Origin: a virus
Taxonomy: Duplodnaviria > Heunggongvirae > Uroviricota > Caudoviricetes
Length of the DNA stretch: 64,000 nt
Direction: 5' to 3' (one strand)
Virus record (IMG/VR): IMGVR_UViG_3300046522_000748
Below are positions 17,824 to 28,361 of the stretch, piece by piece (within the stretch, counting starts at the first letter, position 1; every line of letters begins with the position of its first letter). A program made the translations under genes and the position numbers. The notes under the pieces were generated by a model, which saw only the letters and a list, made by a program, of their open reading frames with translations, had not been told where the DNA came from and made no database searches.

Positions 17824-18132
17824 TTAAATGTTCATGTTGTAGCGTTGAATAACCACAACGTTTCGTTTGTTCTTGAAAATCAGCCGAGAAACCCCGCCGT
17901 TGAAGTGCCCGCAGCAATCATGCTCACAGTAGCAGGTTTGGCGAAAGTAATCGGCAAGGCTGCCTCGCAGAGTAAGGCGGGACGCGGAAAAGGAGGCAGG
18001 CAGTCGAATGTGGGTTACGATCACCTGACTTTCGCCATCGTCTTCCATGCGCATTCCACCAGGAATGGCTTTGACGGTGCCGATGAAATCCTCGGCATCG
18101 TCACTCGTGTAAAGATGAGCTTTATATGGCAT
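17824..18132 (-). CDS. hypothetical protein with CxCEHDCCG motif
   Basis: Cys/His cluster; AGGAGG RBS; promoter at 18160-18187. Confidence 0.75.
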   Translation of the reverse strand: MPYKAHLYTSDDAEDFIGTVKAIPGGMRMEDDGESQVIVTHIRLPASFSASRLTLRGSLADYFRQTCYCEHDCCGHFNGGVSRLIFKNKRNVVVIQRYNMNI

Positions 18133-18210
18133 TGCCTGCCTCCTTCTTCTGATGGAATCATTATACCGAAATCAACGCAATTGTCAATGTAAAAAACAAC
18201 GTAGACCGCA

Positions 18211-18741
18211 TTAAACGCGCATGGCTGAGATTTCCCGACAGAGGTTGTTGACTGAGGTTTGCATGGCGCTGGCTCTCAGGCGCAGTTGATCCACTTTACC
18301 TTTGATTTTTTCATCGCTGCTTCCGGCCATCTCCAGCAGCGTGACCAGAATTTCCTTGGCTTGTCGGTGGTCTTTGACATCCAGGAATTCGGCAGTCTGG
18401 TGCTTTAGAGCCCCGACCACATCAACGTAAAAATCATGAGCCTCTTGGCTGGAAATGTGTTTTGGCCATGTATCGTTTCGACCAAACCGCTCCATGAATT
18501 CCACATCCAGTTTCAGCAAGTCAACGTCTGCGTGCAGGATCTGCATTTCTTCCGGCTTGAAATCCGCTACGTAACCCCAGGACATACCGGCATCGAGAAT
18601 CAGTTTTCCGTTCTTGCGTTTGCAAATCCGGGTCGAGAAGTTGGTGTAATGAAGGCGTTGGTTGAGCGTGACCGCCAGCGCGACGATCATGCCTTCTGCA
18701 ATTGCATTTCCTTCCCGATCAATGCCGTTTGGATTGGTCAT
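18211..18741 (-). CDS. hypothetical protein
   Basis: 176 aa, GAGGA RBS. Confidence 0.7.
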   Translation of the reverse strand: MTNPNGIDREGNAIAEGMIVALAVTLNQRLHYTNFSTRICKRKNGKLILDAGMSWGYVADFKPEEMQILHADVDLLKLDVEFMERFGRNDTWPKHISSQEAHDFYVDVVGALKHQTAEFLDVKDHRQAKEILVTLLEMAGSSDEKIKGKVDQLRLRASAMQTSVNNLCREISAMRV

Positions 18742-19260
18742 GATGCATTCCTCGCCTGAATCCCGATAATTTGGGTTGAGTCAAAATAAAAAAGAGGGCC
18801 GAAGCCCCCTTTGGGTGCGTAATACCAAATTCTGTACGGGCGAGCCGCTGCCGGAGACACGTCTTGGGCGCAAAGCACCATTGTTAAATGGTTGATCTGA
18901 TCAGTCGAAACAACTCCCTCTTCGAGAGAGGGTCTCATTCCCAGGAGCTTAGAACGATGCACCTACTAGCACGCTTTCGCTTAAGAGTTGGTTACGTTCA
19001 TTACACCGTTACCATACAGCTAACTGATCAGATACTTTGCCGAACTTCTACTACGCTTGAGATTTAATAATAACAAAACAACAGAATGAAGTCAACATTT
19101 GCCTGAAATTAAGGCATCAGTAGTCGTTAATGCGACATATGTCAAGTTTTTAACACTGACATTTGTTGACTATTTCACTAGGTCTCGTTATATTTTCCCT
19201 CAGCGCTCTGTTCTGTGCGCCACCCACCATATTCGGAATTCATCACAGTCGGAGCAATTG

Positions 19261-20907
19261 ATGCAGTGGTTCAACAACTGTAATTTCCAGTACAAATTTC
19301 AGATTTCATTTTGCATGGTTTCCCTCATTTTGATCGGTATTTTTGGCTGGGCCTTCTGGGACAATGCAGAGAAAATGTCGATGAAAGGCCTTGATACTCA
19401 GCTTATGAGTGCAATCAGGGCCACCGAGTTCGTCATTGACCCGTCGCTTCATGACGCGGCCAGCAATGTCGGCAAAGACGCCAGCTTTGGCGCTGATCAG
19501 TCCTTGGCCCTAACGCGCTTGTCGAAAAAACTCGATGTGCCTGTTCTTTATACGTTCTTCCTGAATAGCCAGGGTGATGTTGTCTTCGGTGCGTCTTCGT
19601 TGAGCGATTCTGAAGCCAGAAGCGGCACGAACTACTACCTTCGCCATTATGACAATGCTGAAGCCAAGACGATCATCCGAGAAGTGCTGAAAACAGGTAA
19701 ATCAGACAGCCTTGAATACACTTCTCCTGAGGGTGAATACCGTGCCCTCTACGCCATGGCGACAACGCCAGCTGGTAACCGCTATGTGATCGTCGCTGAA
19801 ACCCCGTTGCATGACGTGAAAGCGGTTCGCAGTGCCGTGGTGCAGGAAGTCATGTTGGTGGCCATTGTGGTGTTTGCTGTGGCTGCACTTGCGGCATTCT
19901 TGATGGGCACCCTCATCTCCAGGCCTCTGAATGCATTCCTGTCGGCCTTGGATGAGTTGTCGTCTGGCACAGGTGACTTGACCCGAAAACTGCCCGTCAC
20001 CAGCCGTGATGAAACGGGTCGAATGGCTGAATCTTTCAACCGGTTTGTGATTTCGCTTCGAGACATGTTCATCGCTGTGCGGGATGACGCCTCCAAATTG
20101 CGGACTGGTTTTTCTGGCATGTCCAACATGATGGATGTGGTTAACAAAGACTCGCATGCTCAAAGCGACAAGGCAGCTGCCACAGCCGCAACGGTTGAGG
20201 AAATCACCGTCAGCATGAGCAACATTGCTACCAGCACTCAGGAAGCGGCACAGGTTGTTGAAGAGTCCAACAACAAATCGCACTCCAGTGCCGTATCTGT
20301 CGGCAAGGTGGTGAAGGAAATCGAGCAGATCAGTGCTCGTGTGGCGGAGCTGTCGGTGGTTGTTCAATCGCTGGATGATAAGTCGCGCAGCATTTCTGGC
20401 ATCGTCAGCGTGATCAAGGAAATCGCCGATCAAACCAACCTTCTGGCCCTCAATGCCGCTATTGAGGCTGCGCGGGCCGGTGAATCTGGTCGGGGTTTCG
20501 CTGTTGTGGCCGACGAGGTGCGCACCCTGGCAAACCGCACTGCCAGCGCTACGGTGCAAATTGGCGACATGATTCACGCCGTAGGTGCTGAAACCGCACA
20601 GGCCACGCAGAAAATGCGTCTGACCAGCGATTCGGTGGCAGCGGGTGTGCAGTTGTCTGCCGAAGCTCTGATTCAAATCGAGGGCATCGGCAATGACATG
20701 GATTCGATTGTTCAAACCATTCACGTCATCAATCAGGCAACCAAGGAACAGTCATCGGCCACTACTGAAATGGCTACGGCAGCCGAGTCCATCAATGTCG
20801 GTAGCCAGCAGAGTCGTGCCGTAATTCAAGAAGCCCAGCGTTCTCTGAGTGAACTGGACGACGTTGTTAATTCCTTGAACAAAATGGTTGGTCAATTCCG
20901 ACTCTGA
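19261..20907 (+). CDS. methyl-accepting chemotaxis protein
   Basis: Two TM helices, HAMP region ([15 protein letters not shown]), [34 protein letters not shown]; GGAG RBS before 19261. Confidence 0.95.
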   Translation: MQWFNNCNFQYKFQISFCMVSLILIGIFGWAFWDNAEKMSMKGLDTQLMSAIRATEFVIDPSLHDAASNVGKDASFGADQSLALTRLSKKLDVPVLYTFFLNSQGDVVFGASSLSDSEARSGTNYYLRHYDNAEAKTIIREVLKTGKSDSLEYTSPEGEYRALYAMATTPAGNRYVIVAETPLHDVKAVRSAVVQEVMLVAIVVFAVAALAAFLMGTLISRPLNAFLSALDELSSGTGDLTRKLPVTSRDETGRMAESFNRFVISLRDMFIAVRDDASKLRTGFSGMSNMMDVVNKDSHAQSDKAAATAATVEEITVSMSNIATSTQEAAQVVEESNNKSHSSAVSVGKVVKEIEQISARVAELSVVVQSLDDKSRSISGIVSVIKEIADQTNLLALNAAIEAARAGESGRGFAVVADEVRTLANRTASATVQIGDMIHAVGAETAQATQKMRLTSDSVAAGVQLSAEALIQIEGIGNDMDSIVQTIHVINQATKEQSSATTEMATAAESINVGSQQSRAVIQEAQRSLSELDDVVNSLNKMVGQFRL

Positions 20908-21152
20908 TTTATTGATAAATAACCAGCCGCCATCGCTCATGCCATGGCGGCTTTTTTGTTTAATTGGAAATGGCGAGGAAAGGAAGAAGAGAGGAAGAGG
21001 CACGACCCCTGCTGGCCACCTTCCGTAGGAACTACGGGAAAGAACGTCAAACCAAATCATGATTTCCTGATTAATAATTGGTGAAGACGTAAGCGCAATC
21101 GGTGTATATTGACATGACGGAATTACAACACCAGGAATGTAAAGAGACAATC

Positions 21153-21434
21153 ATGGATAAGCAAACCCAATTACTGGAGCAACACAGAGAGGTGGTTGAG
21201 CGTATTCGGCACGGCTATCAAGCAATCGGCATCATTATTGTGATGAGCATAATCATTTTTTCGACCATCGCCGTTAGTGCCTTAACACACCCTGATCAAG
21301 GCCTTGTCCAGGCATTTGCAACATTGCTGATGTGCTGGCTGGCACCGTGTTGCGTTTTGAATACGGTGCGCCAGATCGTACTGTTAAAAGAAATAGCTAC
21401 TGCGCTCAATCACGAGATCAAGTCAGCGGGCTGA
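21153..21434 (+). CDS. small two-TM membrane protein
   Basis: Two hydrophobic segments. Confidence 0.6.
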   Translation: MDKQTQLLEQHREVVERIRHGYQAIGIIIVMSIIIFSTIAVSALTHPDQGLVQAFATLLMCWLAPCCVLNTVRQIVLLKEIATALNHEIKSAG

Positions 21435-21457
21435 ATAATTAAACGAGGAAAGCAGGC

Positions 21458-21742
21458 GTGGATGAATATTTATTGATGACAAAAGAACGGAAATCGCTTG
21501 AGAAGAAGATAAAGCATTACCAGCGCTTAATTTGGGCACTCAAAATTGGTGCCGTAATTATGATCCCAGCGCTCTTGGTGCTCAGTTATCTGGCTCAGGA
21601 TTTGCTGGATCGGCTGGTGCCTTTGGGATGGGTAGCACTGTCTCTTTGGACAACGCCTGCTGGTATTAAAGCATCGCGTAATTTAATTGCTACCTATGAG
21701 GCTAAATTGTCAGAGGTTATTACTGGTGAGAAGCTTGTTTGA
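21458..21742 (+). CDS. small two-TM membrane protein
   Basis: Two hydrophobic segments, same architecture as upstream gene. Confidence 0.6.
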   Translation: MDEYLLMTKERKSLEKKIKHYQRLIWALKIGAVIMIPALLVLSYLAQDLLDRLVPLGWVALSLWTTPAGIKASRNLIATYEAKLSEVITGEKLV

Positions 21743-21788
21743 TTCTGCCGGGCGTCTTGCTTATAAGGCGCCCAACACTTAAAAGAAT

Positions 21789-22076
21789 TTATCGATTTTT
21801 GCCTTTCATTTCATCCAATTCAATCATGTCCCAGTTTTCCTGGATTTTCGCTGACTTATCAACCACCGCTTGGTAAGCCAGGGCGTACAGCTTTGCCTGC
21901 TCCAGACTCGTGGCCATCTCGCAATGAAGGGCACGCAAACCGCTTCTGTCGATACGGGCATTAACGGCGACTTTGCCATCAACCTGAGCTTCAATGGACA
22001 TTGTGCGCATTGGTGATTGGGTAATATTATTTGACCAAACCTCCACAATGATCCTGTCTGTGTAATTATCTAGCAT
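21789..22076 (-). CDS. hypothetical protein
   Basis: GAGG RBS. Confidence 0.6.
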   Translation of the reverse strand: MLDNYTDRIIVEVWSNNITQSPMRTMSIEAQVDGKVAVNARIDRSGLRALHCEMATSLEQAKLYALAYQAVVDKSAKIQENWDMIELDEMKGKNR

Positions 22077-22095
22077 GTCGCCTCTTGTGCTTGTG

Positions 22096-22611
22096 TCAGT
22101 GTGTAAACGTCAACTGAATTTCAATGTCTTTTATAGCCTGTTCGATGAACAGGAAGTCGCCCAGCGGCTTGGTTGTGGTGTGCTCGACGTACCGGCACAG
22201 CAGCTTCTGCTTGAATTGATCGCGCAGCCCTTCCCACTCCGGCGCCGAGTCAATTTTTGATAGCACGGAAATGCCGTCGAGGTATTTCAAGACCTCTTGA
22301 ACGATCCGTCCTTTATGGACATTTTCGAACAAATATTCGTGTAGGACGCAGATCTTTTGACCCTCTTGGTCTACCAGTTCCATGCTGAAGTCCGTGTCGA
22401 TGCAAAGTGTGGCGAGCGTGGGCTTGCCTTCGCTCACGGCTTTTTGGCGCAGCTCTGCCTCTTTGGTCTGCCGATAGCTGCAAGTCGAGCTATGCCCTTC
22501 CAGGCTCCCATTAATGGCCGGTTCAGAGTGGCCGCACTGGGTGCAACACTGATATGGGTTTCGTCCGCCGATGGGTGCTTTGGGGAAGTCATGGTAAGAA
22601 ATTGCATTCAT
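22096..22611 (-). CDS. hypothetical protein with N-terminal Zn-binding motif
   Basis: CTQCG...H..C; downstream of operator promoter 22721-22760. Confidence 0.7.
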   Translation of the reverse strand: MNAISYHDFPKAPIGGRNPYQCCTQCGHSEPAINGSLEGHSSTCSYRQTKEAELRQKAVSEGKPTLATLCIDTDFSMELVDQEGQKICVLHEYLFENVHKGRIVQEVLKYLDGISVLSKIDSAPEWEGLRDQFKQKLLCRYVEHTTTKPLGDFLFIEQAIKDIEIQLTFTH

Positions 22612-22743
22612 CTGAAGTGATCCTCTATTTGTTCCTCAGCGGTCTCTGGTTGCTCCAAAGCTTCTTGGGTGTCAGCAATGATGATTTTGCTAATGACGGC
22701 TTATTTCTGATTTACGCTTTATTATATGCAGTTATTCAGCATA

Positions 22744-22760
22744 AGTCAATTACGCTGACC
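22744..22760. promoter_or_regulatory. operator AGTCA-N7-TGACC
   Basis: Overlaps -35 of minus-strand TTGACT-17-TATAAT. Confidence 0.6.
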
Positions 22761-22846
22761 TCGCCGCACCTCGCACACTGGCTGCCATCCACATTGACAA
22801 ATGCCTGTGTTTTGTTATGATACTCAAAATCAAGGAACTCGCAATT

Positions 22847-23962
22847 ATGACCAGTCGTATCATGCCGCTCCACCCAGCAGAAGGAACCTGTCAGCCGCAA
22901 ATCGAGCTGGTTCATCAGGTGATGCTGTGTGATGCCCGGCTATCAAACTGTCTGCCAGAGCAGACAATGAGGGCGCTGGGTGACATTGCGCAAATTGCCG
23001 GGGTTTACCACAGTAGTTTGATCGAGGGTTACGATGTCCAGCCGGAGGTGTTTCTCAACGCAATTGCTGCGGGTGAGGATACAGAGGTTGCTGAGGTTCG
23101 GTCACTCCATAAGGCGACCGTGGAATTGGCGAAGGCGGATCAATTTGGAATGCCCGCGTATTCGGCTGACTTTATCAAATCAGCCCACGGTCGGTTTTAC
23201 CGGCACGTCAATGAAGCGGTGGCGAACGAACTTATCCAGCAGCCAGGGGAATATCGTCGTCGCTTGGTATCGATTGGTAAGCACGTTCCTGTGGAGGATG
23301 AGGCAGTCCCGGCGATGATGGCCAAGTTGCAAGAGTCCTATCGATTCGCAGGGTCTAAGGCGCACAAAGTAATCAGTGTGCTTGGGCTTCATCACCGGTT
23401 GGCCTGGATTCACCCGTTTCTCGATGGAAACGGTCGGGTGTCGCGGATGGTGTTGCAGCTCGCTCTCCAGAACGAGGGGTTCAGTCGTGTGTGGTCGATT
23501 TCGCGGGGCCTATCACGCCTGCGTGATGACTATTACAAAGCGCTATCAGGTGCTGATCAGCCTCGCATGGGTGATCTCGATGGCCGGGGCAACCTCAGCA
23601 ACAAGCGGTACGTGGAGTTCATCAACTTCATGTTGCTCGTGTGTGGCGAGGAGATCCAGTATGCGCAAAACTGCCTGGATCGATCTCGATTGGCTGGCTG
23701 CATCGACGCTTATTTTCAGGATGCGTCGTTGCGCCCAGAGGGTGTGAGCGAAGACAGTCATCTCGCCTGGAAGGCGCTATTCTTTCAAGGGACGATGCCA
23801 AGGGGCGAATTCAAGCGCCTGATCCCTAAAGGTGATCGTACTGCCACGGGTCAAGTTGCTGCATTGGCGAAGGCTGGACTGGTGGTCACTAAAACCAGCC
23901 GTAGTGATCTGACGCCGAAGATTCCAATGCCATTGGCGCGGATGATCTTTCAGGATTTTTGA
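22847..23962 (+). CDS. Fic family protein
   Basis: HPFLDGNGRVSR catalytic motif; SSLIEG; promoter TTGACA..TATGAT at 22794-22821. Confidence 0.92.
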   Translation: MTSRIMPLHPAEGTCQPQIELVHQVMLCDARLSNCLPEQTMRALGDIAQIAGVYHSSLIEGYDVQPEVFLNAIAAGEDTEVAEVRSLHKATVELAKADQFGMPAYSADFIKSAHGRFYRHVNEAVANELIQQPGEYRRRLVSIGKHVPVEDEAVPAMMAKLQESYRFAGSKAHKVISVLGLHHRLAWIHPFLDGNGRVSRMVLQLALQNEGFSRVWSISRGLSRLRDDYYKALSGADQPRMGDLDGRGNLSNKRYVEFINFMLLVCGEEIQYAQNCLDRSRLAGCIDAYFQDASLRPEGVSEDSHLAWKALFFQGTMPRGEFKRLIPKGDRTATGQVAALAKAGLVVTKTSRSDLTPKIPMPLARMIFQDF

Positions 23963-24092
23963 CCGCGTGGAAGCAAAAAGCTCGGTGAATACTGCGCCAA
24001 GCTTCGTAACCATGCCGTACTTCGACCACAGTGTTTGCTATCATGGCCGCGCTTTGAGCCGAATCTCATCAAATAGTACAGAGGTCGCTACT

Positions 24093-24326
24093 ATGTCCCA
24101 GCTTGAAACTTCCCATGAAGACCAGCAGCGTCAGGAAAATGAATCGCGGTTTGCCGAGTCCTATGTTGCCAAGTGCGAACGGATCATCAAAGCCGCAGAC
24201 GCTATGACTCAGCAGGAAAAGCATGCGCTGGAGCTTTGGGAGCTGGAAAATATCACCGGAGACGGCAATCTTGGCACCAGTGATTGGCCGGGCTGGGATG
24301 AGGTGATTTCCCGCATTAGTCACTGA
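24093..24326 (+). CDS. hypothetical protein
   Basis: GAGG RBS; terminator 24355-24380. Confidence 0.65.
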   Translation: MSQLETSHEDQQRQENESRFAESYVAKCERIIKAADAMTQQEKHALELWELENITGDGNLGTSDWPGWDEVISRISH

Positions 24327-24562
24327 TGTGTGAAAGGTTATCGGAACGCAAATAAAAAGGCCCGGTATACACCGGGCCTTTGGATTGCTCTGACACTCCA
24401 CACATCAATACCTACCCATGCACTTCATCATGCATATACGCCAGTAAAGACAACACCATCGCTTTCGCTAAGTTATCAGCAGTTCAGTGCGGCCGACTCT
24501 GGTTATCGTTGTGTCAGTATTCGTATTGTATTAACCAACGTAAGTTCGGTCAATATTAATCT

Positions 24563-25606
24563 TTATCTTATTTCCAGACTCGATGTTTTATTCAAGTTGA
24601 CGAGGGCTCGCTCGCGAAGAAGATCATTGGCATCTCTTTTAAGAATGTCGGAAACTTTGCTTATGTTGCTCAGTAGATCGGGGCTCGACTCTGATTTGGC
24701 TGCTGACAAATAATGATTGGTCTCTGATTTCATTATTTTGGCGGCAAATTCAACGGCTCCGATATTGGGCGCTTGGTTTTCGCGAACTCGGGAGGGTTGT
24801 AATGACAGCTGAAGTACGTTCAGAGCCTCCGCGATACGCATCCCAGCTGTCAGGTTAAAAGCAGCCTTTAGATAGCTGGATGGAAGCTCTCGTGTCTTCA
24901 CGATCTCATCGATAAGTGCAATGCCAGTATTGCCTTCTTTTTGCATGACCGAGATTATGTCATGGGCGAATGGTGTGTTATCCAGAAGAGATTGGCACGC
25001 TACTGAAACCATCGGTGTCGGATAGCCATTAATTTCTTTTGCGGCGGATCTGAAGCCGAGTGCTAAATGAATATCGTCTTTTAAGTCATATAGCGTTTCC
25101 GATTGATTTCCTCCAATTATTTTATCTCGTGTTTCAAGATAAAGATTTTTCAGGCGCTCAAGTTTCTCCATCTCGGATTGAGGATCTTTATCCTTCAGGT
25201 GGTTTACAACAGTGCTGACAGAAAACAAATGACCGAGCGTCTCTGGTTTAATGAGTGCCAGGGAGAAGGTGCTGGTGGAGGATGCATTTTTGACAGTGTA
25301 TGTGCGTTCTGGTTCTTCATACAGCGCAGTCATGAACTGCTTAAAGGTCTGATCAAGGTCTCGGCCATTTACCGATTTTTTGGCGATATCTACAACATAT
25401 GTGCTGGAATCCCTTGGGACGAGAAACGATCCATCCCATGTGCCGTGAATCGGCATGGAAGCCATTTTTTGCTTGCTGAAACTGTTCTTGTCGAAAAGTT
25501 CGGGCTCGTTTTCTCTGGTCGTATTGACCAAGATGATCGCAACAACCTCCTCTCCCGGCTTTATTTCTTGGCTCGTAATCGCATCTGTCACGCTGAACGT
25601 TTTCAT
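24563..25606 (-). CDS. hypothetical protein
   Basis: 347-aa ORF, GGAG RBS. Confidence 0.75.
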   Translation of the reverse strand: MKTFSVTDAITSQEIKPGEEVVAIILVNTTRENEPELFDKNSFSKQKMASMPIHGTWDGSFLVPRDSSTYVVDIAKKSVNGRDLDQTFKQFMTALYEEPERTYTVKNASSTSTFSLALIKPETLGHLFSVSTVVNHLKDKDPQSEMEKLERLKNLYLETRDKIIGGNQSETLYDLKDDIHLALGFRSAAKEINGYPTPMVSVACQSLLDNTPFAHDIISVMQKEGNTGIALIDEIVKTRELPSSYLKAAFNLTAGMRIAEALNVLQLSLQPSRVRENQAPNIGAVEFAAKIMKSETNHYLSAAKSESSPDLLSNISKVSDILKRDANDLLRERALVNLNKTSSLEIR

Positions 25607-25660
25607 GAAAATCTCCCTGGTTATAATTTCATTGTATCATGAGGCCATCAGACATTCCCA

Positions 25661-25879
25661 TTGACAATTAATTGATGTAGTTGTACACTCTCTACATCAA
25701 ACGGATTTCTGGTATTCAGTGCCACCAAGACGTTGATGGCTTGACGAAGCTGCCCCGCTCGCCTCTTTCGAGGTTGGTTAAAACGTAACGAAGCACCCTA
25801 CTTCTCCATGACTGATCCTTCAGGCGCATGCAGTAGGTAATGAGCGGAACCGAAATCATCGTGCGATGGGGTGAACAGC
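25661..25879 (+). promoter_or_regulatory. promoter plus structured 5' leader (motif copy B)
   Basis: TTGACA-17-TACACT; CCGCTC/GAGCGG closing stem; CATGACT..GCATG; GGTAA. Confidence 0.6.
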
Positions 25880-26743
25880 ATGACAATCATTGACCGTTTC
25901 AATTCTCAGGAAGACTTCCTGAAATTTCGTGACCATCTCGGCACCGTGATGGCTGAAAAAATGAGCCTCCCACTGAAGCCGCGTAAGCTCGATGAGCTGG
26001 TAGCTATGGTGGTGGGCGCCAAGGACTTCAATACCGCGCTGGGCATGATTGCCAGTGCCCCGAAGGCCGCTGCTGAAGAAAGAATGATACTACCTGCCAT
26101 CCTGTCCACCACGGACGGCTCCCGGTCAGTGAAATTTGATGCTGCGATTTATTTTCACAACATTTCGGATAATCGATCCTTGTCGCTCATGCAGACATTG
26201 AAGGAAATTCTGGAGGGTGAAACTGCAATCGGTAGCGATCCCTTCATGGACATTGCAGAGTATTTCACTGAAATCAATTATCCTGTCTGCGATCTGTTTT
26301 GCCACGTACGTAATATAAATAAGTCAGGTGATCGCTGGCAGCCTATTGGACTTGAGTGCCATATTGAAACTAAAGATATCGTTGCGTATTTGATGGAGTA
26401 TGGGGAGACAGTTCTCGCCACCTGGGTGGATGCCTATGAAGCTGGATTCAGTATTGGGGATTGCGCTCAGGAGGCGACCTCTGCTATTCATCATGGAAAC
26501 ACTGATTGTGAAGTTGAAAAATTTCTGAGGTCTATGGGGAGTGATTTCCAAATCTCTTTTGTGCCCAAGATGCATACGCAGAGCTATTACAAGTGGACGT
26601 ATCAGGGGCGCTCCAGCGATGAGACCTCCAGTGAACTGTTCACTCGTATGGATGCAATTGTCAATTTTCTAGACAACAGCATTGAGAATCCAAAAACTGA
26701 CTTTATCGAAGAAACGGCGTTCCGTTGGCCGCACGAAATTTGA
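25880..26743 (+). CDS. protein with N-terminal Glyoxalase_8-like helical domain
   Basis: LKPRKLDELVAMVVGAKDFNTALG resembles N-terminus of 3129..4388. Confidence 0.7.
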   Translation: MTIIDRFNSQEDFLKFRDHLGTVMAEKMSLPLKPRKLDELVAMVVGAKDFNTALGMIASAPKAAAEERMILPAILSTTDGSRSVKFDAAIYFHNISDNRSLSLMQTLKEILEGETAIGSDPFMDIAEYFTEINYPVCDLFCHVRNINKSGDRWQPIGLECHIETKDIVAYLMEYGETVLATWVDAYEAGFSIGDCAQEATSAIHHGNTDCEVEKFLRSMGSDFQISFVPKMHTQSYYKWTYQGRSSDETSSELFTRMDAIVNFLDNSIENPKTDFIEETAFRWPHEI

Positions 26744-26889
26744 GTTCACTGGATTGAATAGGCCCTCGAAAGACAAGCCGTTCGCTTAGGGTGTTGAAAT
26801 TTTGGAGCGCATGGCCTTATTTGAGGCTATGCGCTTCATCATTTCGGGTATGCGCTCACCGCCGATAACGTGTCGAGTTATGTGTTCGT

Positions 26890-27588
26890 TCACATGCCAA
26901 ATGTCTGGTCGGCTGATAGATCTTTTTTGGTGCTATAGGTAATAGCTCTTTCAGTCTTGAACGCCTCAGCGGCTTTACCGTCATCACGCAGTGCGCGCAA
27001 AATCTTGAGGTCAACAACCGTGTGTCCGCCATGATCCATGTTCTTCTGAAGATCATTTTCTTTTGCCACAACCAGTTTATCACCCTCAACTTTCAGTTTA
27101 AGGCTTTTAACCGGCAACTGATCAAGCTCGGTTACTTTGGTTTCAAAAAGATCTCGTACGAGCTTGTCTCGATCAAACTGAAGCTCGGCACCAAAACCCT
27201 GAAGCGTGTCGAGTGCCCAGGACACCTGCGCACGATTCATGCCAGCAATGCGCAACTCCAGTGGCATAATCACAAATTGTTGACGCTGGCTGATCGAGTC
27301 ACTCTCACGATTGGGTACAATAGCAGGCTCGATTGCTTTAGCCTGATCAAGTGACTTATCAATCTCGGTCATTTTAGCTGCATAAAGATTAATTTCTTCC
27401 ATGCTGAGCCACTCAGGTTTTTCAGGAACTCGCTCATACAACTTTTTCATTTCTGAAATCTGATCTGCAACAGTAAGCATCATTAAGTGCTTTCTGGATG
27501 GGTGTTCAATGAAATACCGGCAATCCTGCTGCATGCGGGAAAGGCACATATAGTCGTAGCTAAAATCTTTGGCGTTTTCTTTTGGCAT
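26890..27588 (-). CDS. LPD11 (polyvalent-protein-associated) domain protein
   Basis: YMCLSRMQQDCRYF..KHL..QISEMKKLY..PEKPEWLSMEEI. Confidence 0.75.
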   Translation of the reverse strand: MPKENAKDFSYDYMCLSRMQQDCRYFIEHPSRKHLMMLTVADQISEMKKLYERVPEKPEWLSMEEINLYAAKMTEIDKSLDQAKAIEPAIVPNRESDSISQRQQFVIMPLELRIAGMNRAQVSWALDTLQGFGAELQFDRDKLVRDLFETKVTELDQLPVKSLKLKVEGDKLVVAKENDLQKNMDHGGHTVVDLKILRALRDDGKAAEAFKTERAITYSTKKDLSADQTFGM

Positions 27589-27812
27589 AATTATCAGCTC
27601 GAAATTGTTTAACTTGGCATAAGTATAGCATATAATTAAAGGCCATCATTAAAACAACACCTATCAATATCTTGGTTTTATCGCCCTTTGAAGGAAGTGC
27701 ATTAAGATATTAATAAGTGCCTTCTGGCTGTAAAATGGTTTTTCATCAAAATCACTGCTACGAATTTCATGGAAAATAAAATGAAAATACCTGCGAACTG
27801 GCCGGGTTTTTT

Positions 27813-28250
27813 TCATGGCGCGGAATAAATTCTTTGCTTCAGCCAGGAGAATCCATTTTGTTGACTCTGCAAGTACTCGCAGATCTCAGCAAGACTGGTT
27901 TCAAAGTTTTCTTTGCTGCCAAAACCCATTGCCAGATAGTCCGGTTTGCTCTGGGTTACCTCTTTTACAATTTCATTGAGGCGATCAATATTCCCTTGAC
28001 CAGGACGTTCGGATGGTTCAAGAAACACATCAGAAAGTCTATGGTACAGCGCGCTATCTGAAATTAGGTTGTCAGCGTCCGCTGGACTATTGAAACAGAA
28101 ATTCGTGCGAAAAGTAGTTGCCATGTGTAGTGTTCGCAAGTTCATAATCATCTTGTTTCGAAAAACGAACGACTTTGTTTTTAGTGTCAGATAAAACGAA
28201 TAGCTGACTGCGATAAGAATAATAATGTTCAGCAACAGTTGGAGGTTCAT
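27813..28250 (-). CDS. membrane-anchored hypothetical protein
   Basis: N-terminal TM helix. Confidence 0.6.
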   Translation of the reverse strand: MNLQLLLNIIILIAVSYSFYLTLKTKSFVFRNKMIMNLRTLHMATTFRTNFCFNSPADADNLISDSALYHRLSDVFLEPSERPGQGNIDRLNEIVKEVTQSKPDYLAMGFGSKENFETSLAEICEYLQSQQNGFSWLKQRIYSAP

Positions 28251-28361
28251 TTGCTTGCTCTTCCATTTATTGGTGGCCAAGGTACGGCGATCAATGATCA
28301 CTGTCAATTGTTGGGTACACGTGCAGCAGGCGCCGCACGTGTGGTTTTCGGTCTCAGTCGA

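Noticed and set aside
19702-20724. 340-aa antisense ORF
   Set aside because: Shadow of the MCP gene; same applies to 29785..30669, 37969..38802, 56381..57172 and 57274..58281
25813-25826. 11-12 nt matches between leader B (TGATCCTTCAGGCG) and the ncRNA long-range helix (2601-2611, 2842-2853)
   Set aside because: Rough chance expectation is about 0.05 for regions this size and it was found post hoc; leader A lacks it
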